Assembly: GCA_964483655.1 (NCBI GenBank) | Contig: CAZABW010000003.1 | Coordinates: 12,252-76,251 of the forward strand | Direction of reading: 5' to 3' | Length of the DNA stretch: 64,000 nt | Source: an uncultured Candidatus Izemoplasmatales bacterium | Lineage (GTDB): Bacteria; Bacillota_I; Bacilli_A; Izemoplasmatales; Hujiaoplasmataceae | Part shown: positions 26,785-36,779 of the stretch, piece after piece | Position numbering within the stretch: the first letter of the stretch is position 1 | How the letters are laid out: every line of letters starts with the position of its first letter | Made by a program: the position numbers and the translations under genes | Notes under the pieces: generated by a model | Told to the model about the DNA's origin: nothing | The model's input: the letters and a program-made list of their open reading frames with translations, nothing else | The model's database searches: none

Positions 26785-27262
26785 AACAATCGATTTTTAT
26801 CTCAATGGGGTCTTAGTTCGTCATCCTTTTGAGCCCACTCTCCGTTTGATCGATGTTCTCCGTGACCATCACCATCTTCATGGAACCAAAGAAGGGTGTG
26901 GCGAAGGGGAATGTGGGGCTTGCTCGGTATTGATTAACAATGAACTTCATCTAGCTTGTTTAACGCCACTAGGAAATGTTCGCCAAGCCCATGTCCAAAC
27001 CATTGAAGGCTTTTCTACCCAACCGGAGTTTTCTATCATTGAGCAGGCGTTTATTGACGCCGGAGCGGTTCAATGTGGTATTTGTACCCCGGGAATGGTG
27101 ATGGCTGTTTATGCCCTTTTAAAGGAAAACCCTAAACCAACACAAGACCAAATCAAAATCGCCTTAAGTGGAAACCTATGTCGTTGTACAGGGTATAACA
27201 TGATTATTGAGGCGGTTCAACTCGCGATGAAAAGGGGGGAAACCTTATGGCAGAACATGTGA
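26774..27262 (+). CDS. xanthine dehydrogenase [2Fe-2S] subunit
   Basis: GCGEGECGACSV and CGICTPG...CRCTGY motifs; 162 aa. Confidence 0.85.
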   Translation: MMSKTIDFYLNGVLVRHPFEPTLRLIDVLRDHHHLHGTKEGCGEGECGACSVLINNELHLACLTPLGNVRQAHVQTIEGFSTQPEFSIIEQAFIDAGAVQCGICTPGMVMAVYALLKENPKPTQDQIKIALSGNLCRCTGYNMIIEAVQLAMKRGETLWQNM

Positions 27263-28104
27263 TTCCCAAGACCCTTTTAGAAGCGCTAGAATTATTAGAA
27301 CAATCGCCCTATACCATTCTAGCAGGGGGAACAGACGTATTGGTGAAAGCACGTAGATGGGCAGGAACGAAGCGAACCTTCGCTCATCCTGCGATGTTCT
27401 TGCGTGAGATTGAATCATTACACACGATTCAATCGGATTCCCACATCTTAGAAATAGGCGCTTGTGTGTCTTTATCGACAATTGCAAAACACCCTCTCAC
27501 TCCGGCTTTGTTAAAGGAAACCATCACGGAAATAGCCTCACCAGCCATTCGCAATATGGCGACGTTGGGCGGGAATATTGCCAATGCTTCTCCAGCAGCG
27601 GATGGGGTTTTAGCCCTTTGTGCTTTGCAGGCAAAAGTGTTTATCCAATCAGCACAAAAAACTCGACTAATAGCCGTCGAAGAGATTGCCCTAGGACCTG
27701 GAAAAACGCATCTTGCGGCGAATGAACTGATTACAGCGATACATATCCCTTTGCTGGTAGACGATTTTCATGCATTTTACAAAGTTGGAACGAGACGAGC
27801 GGATGCAATTTCGAAAGTTGCTTTGGCGGGATTCGCACAGTTTCATCATCATAAAGTTTCGGAATGGCGACTCTATTTTGGAGCGGTTGGTAAAACCATC
27901 CTTTGGGATCATGAGTTAGATTTTTCGATGTTGGGGAAAACCAAAGAGATGATTTATGACGAGATGGAGGACATCATTTCCAAGTATGCACAAGTTCCCA
28001 CTCCGATTGATGACCAGCGTTCCACGAAACAATATCGCCAACTTGTCGCACGAAACCTAGTCAAAAAATTCATTCGGGAATGTTTAGGTGAAGTAGATGG
28101 ATAA
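27247..28104 (+). CDS. xanthine dehydrogenase FAD-binding subunit (XdhB-like)
   Basis: ILAGGTDVLV and ATLGGNIANASPAAD motifs; 285 aa. Confidence 0.85.
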   Translation: MAEHVIPKTLLEALELLEQSPYTILAGGTDVLVKARRWAGTKRTFAHPAMFLREIESLHTIQSDSHILEIGACVSLSTIAKHPLTPALLKETITEIASPAIRNMATLGGNIANASPAADGVLALCALQAKVFIQSAQKTRLIAVEEIALGPGKTHLAANELITAIHIPLLVDDFHAFYKVGTRRADAISKVALAGFAQFHHHKVSEWRLYFGAVGKTILWDHELDFSMLGKTKEMIYDEMEDIISKYAQVPTPIDDQRSTKQYRQLVARNLVKKFIRECLGEVDG

Positions 28105-29806
28105 AACGACAAGAGACATTATTTTAGGATTACAACCAGCAAAACTTGTACTCAAACATGCCTCTGTGATTCATGTTCATGATGGCACGATTGAAGTTGC
28201 TGATATTGCCATTCATAAAGGAAAAATCGCGGGAATTGGGGAGTATTTTGGAATAAAGGAAGTGGATTGTACTGGTCTTTTCGTTGCGCCGGGGTTCATC
28301 GATGGGCACGTTCACATTGAATCTTCGATGCTCACTCCCAGTCGCTTTGCAGCGCTCGTTTTACCGTTTGGAACGACTTCGGTCATCGCCGATCCGCATG
28401 AAATTGCAAATGTGTGCGGAGTCGAAGGGCTTCGCTTTATGATCGAGGATGCAAAAAGAGCTAATCTCGACATTCACTTTATGATTCCTTCGTGTGTCCC
28501 AGCAACCCCCTTTGAAACAGCAGGGGGACAAATCCGAGTCCAAGATATCCAAGCGTGGAAACAAAAAAAGAAAGTCCTAGGCTTAGGAGAAGTCATGGAT
28601 TACCCGAGTGTCTTATCGCTAGAACCCACGATGATGGCAAAGATTAAAGCGATGAATTCTCGCGTGATTGACGGGCACGCTCCTTCCTTGCAAGGGAAAG
28701 AGTTATCGCTTTACCACGCGATTGGAATCCAAACCGATCATGAAGCCATCACGCAAGAAGAAGCGAAAGAGCGCGTGAAAATCGGGATGTATGTTCACCT
28801 TAGACAAGGATCTCAAACGCAAAATGTACTGGATTTACTTCCTGCCGTCACGCCGGATAACCATCATCGATTCTTATTCTGTAGCGACGATTATCATCCT
28901 GCAGACATACTCGCAAAAGGACATATCAATCACCATGTGAATCTAGCGATCGAGTTTGGAATTCCACCCATGCATGCCATCCGAATGGCAACCATCAATG
29001 CAGCTACTTGTTATGGACTTCATGATGTTGGTTCGATTGAAGTAGGAAAACAAGCGAATTTCATTTTGTTTGATTCCCTGACACACATCGTTCCTAAAGC
29101 CGTGTATTATCACGGAAAACAGGTGAACCAAATTCCTGAAGTACCTCCTTTAAAGAAACCAGATTTTCCAAGTGTCTTTGATACGATTCATCTACCGAAG
29201 CAACCCTTGGATTTTACCCTTCCAGTCTCTTCTCCTTATGTACATGTCATGGGATTGGAAAAGAATAATGTCACAACAACCAATGAAAAGCATCAAGTAA
29301 CCTTAAAAAATGGCTTCTTCGAAAGTGATATCTCACGAGATTTCCTGAAGTGTTGTGTGGTCGAACGTCACAGTGCTTCCGGGCGGATTGGAAAAGCCAT
29401 TGTCAAAGGCTACGGGTTAAAACAGGGAGCGATGGCGATGAGTATCGCCCATGACTCCCATAATATCATCACCATCGGTGTGGATGATGTCTCGATGGCC
29501 ACTGCAGTAAAGCAAATCGAGTCGATAGGTGGAGGGATTGTCATCGCCAATCAACAAGAGATTGTGGCCTTCTTACGCCTTGAAATCGCTGGGATTATGA
29601 CTCAAAAAGATGCCATCCAGGTTAGAAACACCCTCCAAAATATGGAAGAAATCATACGTGAGATGGGGGTCCATCCAGAGATTCAAGATCCCTTCTTACA
29701 ATTAGCATTCTTAGCTTTACCCGTGATTCCGAAGTTGAAACTGACCGATTATGGCTTATTTGATGTCGAAAGGTTTCACTGGACACCTTTAGAATGGGAG
29801 GATTAA
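28097..29806 (+). CDS. ade: adenine deaminase
   Basis: 569 aa with PGFIDGHVHIESS and the overall length of Ade/AdeC. 8-nt overlap with the FAD subunit gene. Confidence 0.8.
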   Translation: MDKTTRDIILGLQPAKLVLKHASVIHVHDGTIEVADIAIHKGKIAGIGEYFGIKEVDCTGLFVAPGFIDGHVHIESSMLTPSRFAALVLPFGTTSVIADPHEIANVCGVEGLRFMIEDAKRANLDIHFMIPSCVPATPFETAGGQIRVQDIQAWKQKKKVLGLGEVMDYPSVLSLEPTMMAKIKAMNSRVIDGHAPSLQGKELSLYHAIGIQTDHEAITQEEAKERVKIGMYVHLRQGSQTQNVLDLLPAVTPDNHHRFLFCSDDYHPADILAKGHINHHVNLAIEFGIPPMHAIRMATINAATCYGLHDVGSIEVGKQANFILFDSLTHIVPKAVYYHGKQVNQIPEVPPLKKPDFPSVFDTIHLPKQPLDFTLPVSSPYVHVMGLEKNNVTTTNEKHQVTLKNGFFESDISRDFLKCCVVERHSASGRIGKAIVKGYGLKQGAMAMSIAHDSHNIITIGVDDVSMATAVKQIESIGGGIVIANQQEIVAFLRLEIAGIMTQKDAIQVRNTLQNMEEIIREMGVHPEIQDPFLQLAFLALPVIPKLKLTDYGLFDVERFHWTPLEWED

Positions 29807-29807
29807 T

Positions 29808-31046
29808 GTGAACCTACAAGGATTTGTTTGTACAACCTGTGGAAAATTTTATTCTTCCTTACCTCAAGGAATGATTTGCGAGGATTGTACACAACAAGGT
29901 ATTTTGGATGTTGTGTATGATTATCAAGCAATCGCAAAGGAATTTCATCCAACAACTCTTCGGTTGAATCCAGATTCTTCGATGTGGCGTTATCTTTCCT
30001 TACTTCCCGTAAAAGAAAAACCAAAACAGGGATTACATGTCGGGGGAACTCCGTTGTATTCATCCCAAGCCTTCGCCAGCCAAGTAGGACTGAAGTCGCT
30101 TTACATTAAGGATGATGGGCTCAATCCTACCGGATCCCTGAAAGACCGTGCCTCCATCGTTGCTTGTGTGAAGGCCATCGAAGAAGGAAAAACGATTCTT
30201 TGTTGTAGTTCGACAGGAAATGCGGCGTCCTCTTTAGCTGGGAATGCGGCGAAACTGGGATTGCAAACCGTCATCTTCGTCCCGAAGCGCATCCCGATCG
30301 GGAAACGAACTCAATTGCAATTATTTGGTTCGCACGTGATTGTCGTAGATGGGGATTATAAGGCTGCATTTCAGTGTTCCAAACAAGCGATTGAGACCTT
30401 TGGCTTTTACAACCGCAACGCGGCAATTAATCCGTTCCTTGTCGAAGGAAAGAAGACAGTGGCTTTAGAAATTGCTGAACAAATGCAGTTTCAAAACATA
30501 GACTGGGTCGTTGTTTCAGTAGGCGATGGCTGTACCATTGCAGGAGTGTATAAAGGATTTTACGATCTGTTCCAGTTGGGGTTGATAAAATCGATTCCCA
30601 AACTTTTAGGGGTACAAGCATCCGGTTGTCGGCCTTTCGTGGATGCTTGGGAACATCAAAGAGATGTACAAGAAAGCGAAGAACAAACCTTAGCTGATTC
30701 GATTGCAGTCGGGATTCCTAGAAATCCCAAGAAAGCAATCCGAGCCATCCAAGAGTCGAAAGGATGTTTTGTGAGTGTTTCGGATGAGGCGATTCTTTCA
30801 ACGATGGCTTTCCTAGGAAAAACAGAAGGTTTATTCGTAGAACCAGCCAGTGCTGCCGGATTCGCAGGGTTAATCGAAGCGTTTCAAAAAGGCATCATCC
30901 GATCGGAAGAGACAGTGGTTGTAATTAATACTGGAAATGGATTAAAAGATATTGAAAATGCGAAAAAGGCGGTTTCAGAGCTCGATATCACACCAAATGA
31001 TTGGGAGTCTGTGAAGCAGCTTTTCCATAAAGAAGGGATACTATGA
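29808..31046 (+). CDS. threonine-synthase-like fold-type-II PLP enzyme with an N-terminal Cys4 zinc ribbon
   Basis: GTG start 1 nt after the ade stop. CTTCGKFY...CEDC ribbon and NPTGSLKDRAS (PLP-Lys motif of the ThrC family). Confidence 0.65.
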   Translation: MNLQGFVCTTCGKFYSSLPQGMICEDCTQQGILDVVYDYQAIAKEFHPTTLRLNPDSSMWRYLSLLPVKEKPKQGLHVGGTPLYSSQAFASQVGLKSLYIKDDGLNPTGSLKDRASIVACVKAIEEGKTILCCSSTGNAASSLAGNAAKLGLQTVIFVPKRIPIGKRTQLQLFGSHVIVVDGDYKAAFQCSKQAIETFGFYNRNAAINPFLVEGKKTVALEIAEQMQFQNIDWVVVSVGDGCTIAGVYKGFYDLFQLGLIKSIPKLLGVQASGCRPFVDAWEHQRDVQESEEQTLADSIAVGIPRNPKKAIRAIQESKGCFVSVSDEAILSTMAFLGKTEGLFVEPASAAGFAGLIEAFQKGIIRSEETVVVINTGNGLKDIENAKKAVSELDITPNDWESVKQLFHKEGIL

Positions 31047-32410
31047 GAACAATACCATTTGGCCCAACCTATGAAGAAATGTTGGACCCAAACAAACAAG
31101 ATCAACGAATCAAAGGGTTGAAAGAACAACACAAAAACGACGAACTACACCCGATTCATCTGTTCGACATCACCTGGAAAAATGCGGAAGGAATGGTTCG
31201 TAAAATCATCTTACCCAAAGAACTGACAGGCGTGGATTGCAATATCGTTGTCTTATTGGGATGCTACTTCCCATCTGGTTCTCACAAGGTGGGACCGGCT
31301 TACTCAACCTTAATTGAAGGATGTGTCGATGGAACGATCATTCCAGGCGAGCATACGATTTTAGGTCCTTCGACAGGGAATTTCGGGATTGGCGTATCGT
31401 ATATTTGTAATCTGATGAAATACGATGCAATTGTGATTATGCCAGATAATATGTCGAAAGAACGATATCTTCGAATTGAGAAGTATGGAGCGAAACTTGA
31501 CTTAACTCCTGGAACCGAAAGTGATGTCATCTTGACCCTTGAACGGACGTATGAGTTAAAGAAAAACCCAAAGAATCGGACTTTAGCTCAGTTTGAACTC
31601 ATGCCCAATTATCGCTTTCACCGTTATGTAACAGGCAATTCCTGTGTTGAAGCAGTGAAAGGCATTGGTAACTCGAGAATTGCATGTTTCACCTCCGCTC
31701 CTGGTAGTGCGGGAACCTTAGCGGCAGGAGATGAAATCAAAGTTCATTTTCCTGAAGCGAAAGTCGTCGCGATTGAACCTTATGAGTGTTCTACTTTAAC
31801 CGATGGCGGCATTGGCCAACATCGGATTGAAGGCATCGGGGATAAAATGTGTACCTTAATTCATAACATCATCAATACCGATTTTGTTTGTATGGTGGAA
31901 GATGATGACTGTGTGAAAGGATTAAAGATTCTTCATGACGCTCCTCATTTATTACAAGAAATTGGCATCTCAAAAGCGACATCATTGGCAATGGTTGACC
32001 TCTTTGGAGTTTCAGGAGTCTGCAATATTTTAGGCGCAATCAAAATGGCGAAATACTTAAAACTCGGCCCGAATGAAAACGTAGTTACAATCGCGACCGA
32101 CGGGTTTGACCGCTATGATTCAGTGATTCAAGATCTCAATCGACGCGTGTTAGAAACCGAAGATTTCGTCTTGCGTCGATGGTTGAAAGACGTCTTCTGG
32201 CAAGCGGACGTTTCCAAAATATTAGATACGAGATCAGAGGAAGCCAAAAACCGCTTATATCTTCAAAAAGAACGAGATTGGCTGAAGTTTGGATATACGT
32301 TGGATTATCTGAATGCAATGAAACACCTTGATTTTTGGAATCAAGAGTATGAAAAGATCCACCATTATAATGAAGCGATACTTTCCTTGCGAAAGGAGCC
32401 ACAAGAATGA
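31043..32410 (+). CDS. fold-type-II PLP enzyme, cysteine-synthase/TrpB/OrtB-like, 455 aa
   Basis: [11 protein letters not shown] (Lys motif), PSTGNFGIG (phosphate loop) and [12 protein letters not shown] overlap with the ThrC-like gene. Confidence 0.6.
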   Translation: MRTIPFGPTYEEMLDPNKQDQRIKGLKEQHKNDELHPIHLFDITWKNAEGMVRKIILPKELTGVDCNIVVLLGCYFPSGSHKVGPAYSTLIEGCVDGTIIPGEHTILGPSTGNFGIGVSYICNLMKYDAIVIMPDNMSKERYLRIEKYGAKLDLTPGTESDVILTLERTYELKKNPKNRTLAQFELMPNYRFHRYVTGNSCVEAVKGIGNSRIACFTSAPGSAGTLAAGDEIKVHFPEAKVVAIEPYECSTLTDGGIGQHRIEGIGDKMCTLIHNIINTDFVCMVEDDDCVKGLKILHDAPHLLQEIGISKATSLAMVDLFGVSGVCNILGAIKMAKYLKLGPNENVVTIATDGFDRYDSVIQDLNRRVLETEDFVLRRWLKDVFWQADVSKILDTRSEEAKNRLYLQKERDWLKFGYTLDYLNAMKHLDFWNQEYEKIHHYNEAILSLRKEPQE

Positions 32411-33639
32411 ACTATGCTCAAATCTTAGCTTGTGCAAAAAAATATGAAAAAGAAATGGTGAAGTTTCTTCGAGATATGATTGCGATTCCGAGTGAATCAT
32501 CCCAAGAAGAACGCGTCATTCAACGAATCAAAGAAGAAATGATTCATGTTGGCTTTGATCGTGTGGAAATCGATCCCATGGGAAATATCTATGGCTATTT
32601 AGGTTCAGGAAGCCATCTTATTGCGATGGATGCGCATATTGATACCGTTGGCGTTGGGTTATTAAGCAACTGGACTGTCGATCCCTATCTGGGAGCGGAG
32701 GATGAGCACTTTGTCTATGGACGCGGCGCAAGTGATCAAGAAGGCGGAATGGCTTCAATGGTCTATGCGGCTAAAATCATCAACGAACTCGACTTAAAAG
32801 AAGACTACACCCTACTCGTAGTTGGTTCTGTTCAAGAAGAAGACTGTGATGGACTTTGTTGGCAATACATCATCGAAGAACAAAAAATTCGTCCCGAGTT
32901 TGTGGTAATAACGGAACCAACTAGTCTGAATATCTACCGCGGTCACCGGGGTCGGATGGAAATCAAAGTCACAACACAAGGAGTGAGTTGCCATGGCAGT
33001 GCTCCTGAACGAGGCGATAATGCGATTTATAAAATGGCGCGTATCATTCAAGAAGTCGAGGCACTTCACCCTACCTTACAGAGTGACCCCTTTTTGGGAA
33101 AAGGAACGTTAACTGTTTCAGAAATTTTCTTTTCTTCGCCCTCTCGGTGTGCAGTAGCGGATGGGTGTTCGATTTCCATCGATCGACGCTTAACGAAAGG
33201 CGAAGATGATACTTTAGCTCTTTCTCAAATCCGAAATTTACCGAGTGTCAAACAGTATGGGGCTCAAGTGGAAATGTATGACTATGCCCGTCCCTCTTAT
33301 ACGGGATTGGTATACCCAACAAAGTCTTACTTTCCGACCTGGGTGTTAGAGGAAGAACACCTTGCTTGCCAAACCTTAAAACATAGTTATATCCAACTCT
33401 TTGAAGAACAACCTAAAATCGATAAATGGACGTTTTCTACGAATGCAGTATCGATTATGGGTCGATTTGGGATTCCTTGCATTGGCTTTGGTCCTGGACA
33501 TGAAGTCGAAGCCCACGCCCCCAATGAGAAAACCGTAAAACTTGAATTAGTCAAAGCCGCCGCGATGTATGCGACGATTCCCAGCCAGTATTTATCGATG
33601 CTTCAACCCAAAGGAGAGTCATATGGAACCACTATTTAA
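32407..33639 (+). CDS. ygeY: M20-family metallohydrolase, YgeY-like
   Basis: 410 aa with [15 protein letters not shown] and EEDCDG motifs of ArgE/DapE/YgeY-type peptidases; adjacent to a YgeW-like gene. Confidence 0.7.
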   Translation: MNYAQILACAKKYEKEMVKFLRDMIAIPSESSQEERVIQRIKEEMIHVGFDRVEIDPMGNIYGYLGSGSHLIAMDAHIDTVGVGLLSNWTVDPYLGAEDEHFVYGRGASDQEGGMASMVYAAKIINELDLKEDYTLLVVGSVQEEDCDGLCWQYIIEEQKIRPEFVVITEPTSLNIYRGHRGRMEIKVTTQGVSCHGSAPERGDNAIYKMARIIQEVEALHPTLQSDPFLGKGTLTVSEIFFSSPSRCAVADGCSISIDRRLTKGEDDTLALSQIRNLPSVKQYGAQVEMYDYARPSYTGLVYPTKSYFPTWVLEEEHLACQTLKHSYIQLFEEQPKIDKWTFSTNAVSIMGRFGIPCIGFGPGHEVEAHAPNEKTVKLELVKAAAMYATIPSQYLSMLQPKGESYGTTI

Positions 33640-34606
33640 AGGAAGACACTTTATTACCCTAGAAGAATGGACAAAAGCAGAAATTGATACCTTACTCGAT
33701 GTTTCCAAAGATTTAAAATATAAGTTTCATCATAATGTCCCTACCCCTTATCTCACCAACAAAACAGCTTTCTTAATGTTCTTTGAGCAATCCACTAGAA
33801 CGCGTAATTCGATGGAATCGGGTCTCGCTCAACTAGGGGGTCATGCGACGTTTTTAGATACTTCGATGATGCAAATCTCTCATGGAGAGTCCGCAAAAGA
33901 TACCGCAATTATCTTATCTTCCTATGGTCATGGAATCGCATGTCGAAACTGTTTTTGGCAAGTTGGCAATCAATATTTACGGGAAATGGCAGCGCATTCG
34001 AGTGTGCCGATTATGAATTTACAGTGTGATTTATATCATCCTATGCAAGCGTTAGCAGATTTAATGACGATTCAAGAAGTAAAGAAAACAACACAAAACT
34101 TGAAAGTGTCGATTATTTGGGCCTACGCAACCAGCCATAAAAAACCGATTAGTGTACCCTTATCGCAAATCTTACTATTCCCAAGGTATGGCATGGACGT
34201 GACGCTTGCTTATCCAGAAGGCTATCCCTTACCCGATTGGGCAATCGAGAAAGCCCGGAAAAATGCACTTGAGAATGGCGGATCCTTCCGCATCACCCAC
34301 AACATGGAAGAAGCCTATCGTGACGCCGATATTGTCATTCCAAAAAACTGGGGTTCATGGGTTGCCAATCAATCGACTCAAGTGGTCGATGATCAACTAA
34401 TCAAAAATAAAGCATGGAAGTGTACCCAAGCGATGATGGATTTAGCTGCTCCAGATGTGTGCTATATGCATGCCCTTCCTGCAGACCGAGGCAATGAAGT
34501 CGAAGATGCCGTCATCGACGGGCCCCATTCGATTGTTTATCAAGAAGCAGAGAATCGTCTTCATACAGCGAAAGCGGTCATGGCGATGACGATGGGAAAT
34601 AAGTAA
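33623..34606 (+). CDS. ygeW: YgeW-like carbamoyltransferase (aspartate/ornithine carbamoyltransferase superfamily)
   Basis: STRTRNS carbamoyl-phosphate motif, and HALP in place of the canonical HCLP, near the C-terminus. ATG at 33623 follows aaaggagag. Confidence 0.7.
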   Translation: MEPLFKGRHFITLEEWTKAEIDTLLDVSKDLKYKFHHNVPTPYLTNKTAFLMFFEQSTRTRNSMESGLAQLGGHATFLDTSMMQISHGESAKDTAIILSSYGHGIACRNCFWQVGNQYLREMAAHSSVPIMNLQCDLYHPMQALADLMTIQEVKKTTQNLKVSIIWAYATSHKKPISVPLSQILLFPRYGMDVTLAYPEGYPLPDWAIEKARKNALENGGSFRITHNMEEAYRDADIVIPKNWGSWVANQSTQVVDDQLIKNKAWKCTQAMMDLAAPDVCYMHALPADRGNEVEDAVIDGPHSIVYQEAENRLHTAKAVMAMTMGNK

Positions 34607-34611
34607 CTCAT

Positions 34612-34650
34612 AAAAAATGGAGCTAACGGGGGACCGTTAGCTCTCTTTTT
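34612..34650. terminator. bidirectional intrinsic terminator
   Basis: GAGCTAACGG-gggga-CCGTTAGCTC, flanked by AAAAAA and TCTTTTT. Ends the 18-gene operon and the convergent deaminase gene. Confidence 0.85.
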
Positions 34651-35134
34651 AATAAATGGTTTTCGCCTGACTCTGGTACTCCTCAAACAGCACCAAGCAA
34701 TCCTCACGATGTTCGTTTTCTAAATCGAGGATGGTTCGATCTTGCATTCCACCGTTGATAAACTCATACATAAAGTCATCACGGAAACCGATATGAGCCG
34801 CATCCTTTGGCGTGGCGCCATAATAAACTTTCTTGATATTCGCCCAGATAATGGCGCCTAAACACATCGGACAGGGATAACAGGTGGTGTATAGGATACA
34901 ATCAGATAAATCATGAGTCCCTAAATTTTTACTCGCCAAACGAATGGCATTGACTTCAGCGTGAGCTGTGGGATCTTTATCTCCTAAAACGGAATTGGAT
35001 GCGACAGCTACTAAATCTCCATGTTTATCAATAATCGCTGCTCCGAAGGGTCCACCAATATTTAGATTCATGGTTTGACGTGCTTTTTCAATCGCGAGAC
35101 GAATGATTTCTTGGCCTTGGCTATTCGGTTTCAT
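34649..35134 (-). CDS. guaD: guanine deaminase (CDA-fold, GuaD-type)
   Basis: 161 aa with HAEVNAI and PCPMCLGA zinc motifs. Size matches B. subtilis GuaD; purine operon context. Confidence 0.7.
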   Translation of the reverse strand: MKPNSQGQEIIRLAIEKARQTMNLNIGGPFGAAIIDKHGDLVAVASNSVLGDKDPTAHAEVNAIRLASKNLGTHDLSDCILYTTCYPCPMCLGAIIWANIKKVYYGATPKDAAHIGFRDDFMYEFINGGMQDRTILDLENEHREDCLVLFEEYQSQAKTIY

Positions 35135-35279
35135 AAGGTCCTCTTTTCCTTTTTGAAAATGAAAGTGCTTTCAAGATATCTTCATTATACCGAATAAAAC
35201 CGTTTTCCACAATTTGCTGACTGTTTTTTTCTAAAAATTAGTGCTATAATGGATTTACTTTTCAATCAGGGGGATTCCG

Positions 35280-36083
35280 ATGTTCGAAACAAAGAAAGTG
35301 ATTGTGACGAAATACCAAAAGTTATGGCAAAGTCAATTCCAGACATTGGTCACCTTTTTAAAGCCCATTATCTATCCCCATTTCTTAACCATCGAACATG
35401 TTGGCTCGACTGCAGTGGTTGGACTACCGGCGAAACCAGTCATCGATTGTGATGTTTTCGTCCGTGAGGATCAATTCCCATTGATTGAAGCCGCTTTAAT
35501 ACAGGCAGGGTTTACGAATCGTGGCGATTTAGGAATTCCTAAACGAATTGCCTTTTCAGGCCCAGATTTAGGCTTTCGATATCATTTATACGTTTGTTAT
35601 GAAGATTCACCGAATGGTAGGGAACACTTATTATTACGAGAATATCTACGGATGCACCCCGGGGCGAAGAAACGGTATGGGGAATTAAAAGAGCAACTAG
35701 CTTTAATGTATCCCACCGATATTGAATCCTACCTTGACGGAAAAGCAAAGTTGATTCAACATTACTTGAAAAAAGCCCACGATGTCATTTTGTTGGAACG
35801 TCCTGCACGAATCGACGATTTGTTGATCATCCAATCGATTGCGAATCAAAATCATCGAACGTTCGAAGAAGGACATATACTGTCCCCCTCATTTGTCATC
35901 GAATTTCAAGGGAAAGTGATTGCTTATCTAGAAATTCATAGGAATCAAACTCTCGAAGGAATCGCATTTCAGTTTCACTCGATTGGGATTGACTCCAAGA
36001 TTCCGCCTTTACTCAGTCATAAAATCATGGATTTATTTGAAGCGCGACTTGTCACACAAAACCATTTATTTCAACGAATATAA
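35280..36083 (+). CDS. GrpB-family protein with a ~95-aa C-terminal extension
   Basis: IEHVGSTAVVGLPAKPVIDCDV and LLREYLR motifs of GrpB (UPF0157). Total length 267 aa versus ~175 typical. An extended -10 (TGcTATAAT) lies at 35242-35250. Confidence 0.65.
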   Translation: MFETKKVIVTKYQKLWQSQFQTLVTFLKPIIYPHFLTIEHVGSTAVVGLPAKPVIDCDVFVREDQFPLIEAALIQAGFTNRGDLGIPKRIAFSGPDLGFRYHLYVCYEDSPNGREHLLLREYLRMHPGAKKRYGELKEQLALMYPTDIESYLDGKAKLIQHYLKKAHDVILLERPARIDDLLIIQSIANQNHRTFEEGHILSPSFVIEFQGKVIAYLEIHRNQTLEGIAFQFHSIGIDSKIPPLLSHKIMDLFEARLVTQNHLFQRI

Positions 36084-36126
36084 ATCTGTTATCTGGCAAA
36101 GATGAAACAAGAAATGAGGACTCAAA

Positions 36127-36687
36127 ATGGAACGAAGGACATTACATCGTCAACTCTATGACCATGTCCGTGAAGATTGCGATACAGGCTTCTTTGAAAT
36201 AAAGGATCCGGGTTTTCTCTATTTCGACCAAGCAGTGGCCCTTTTAGCCTCCTCCATGCCCCCCTTTGTGAAGGAGAAACAAACGCATGCTCGAGCCGAA
36301 TTATTGTTTTACCTTCACAAACATCATCCCATTTTTTGTTATCTCGAAGGGGGAGTTGTTTTGTTTTTAGTAGGGTATAGTCCGATGGCACAACAACCCC
36401 ATAATTATGAGCTTGTGCCATTGGTTTTCGAATCCACGCTTCCAAGTGAGTTCTATCATACCTTTTTCTTAGAATGGATTGAAGAACGAATAATTTCGCT
36501 TCAAGGTCGTACGACGTTCCATGTTTTCGTCACAAAGCATGACGAAATCCCTCCTCCGATGAAAGCCATTTTGTTCCGTCATGGATATCAAATCATCGAA
36601 AAAGAGGTTGGTTATCAACATCAAATGGATTACCAAATGGAAACAGTGTCGAAACGTTTATTTTCTTCTATCCAATCGATTCAATAA
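36127..36687 (+). CDS. hypothetical protein (possibly a degenerate acetyltransferase fold)
   Basis: 186-aa ORF with RBS gaggactc upstream and no motif I can name. Confidence 0.35.
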   Translation: MERRTLHRQLYDHVREDCDTGFFEIKDPGFLYFDQAVALLASSMPPFVKEKQTHARAELLFYLHKHHPIFCYLEGGVVLFLVGYSPMAQQPHNYELVPLVFESTLPSEFYHTFFLEWIEERIISLQGRTTFHVFVTKHDEIPPPMKAILFRHGYQIIEKEVGYQHQMDYQMETVSKRLFSSIQSIQ

Positions 36688-36779
36688 GCAAATCGATTGC
36701 GAATTTCTCACAATCTTCATAAACTTATGGTATAATAACGCAAGATTGTTAAAATAACCGATGGATGGGAGGCGACAAG

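Noticed and set aside
14966-34606. In-frame TGA (selenocysteine) recoding within the selenium-linked purine operon.
   Set aside because: All 18 genes are full length for their families and abut one another. There are no split ORF pairs or unexplained gaps that would indicate a read-through TGA. Selenium, if used, would be a labile cofactor ligand rather than Sec.
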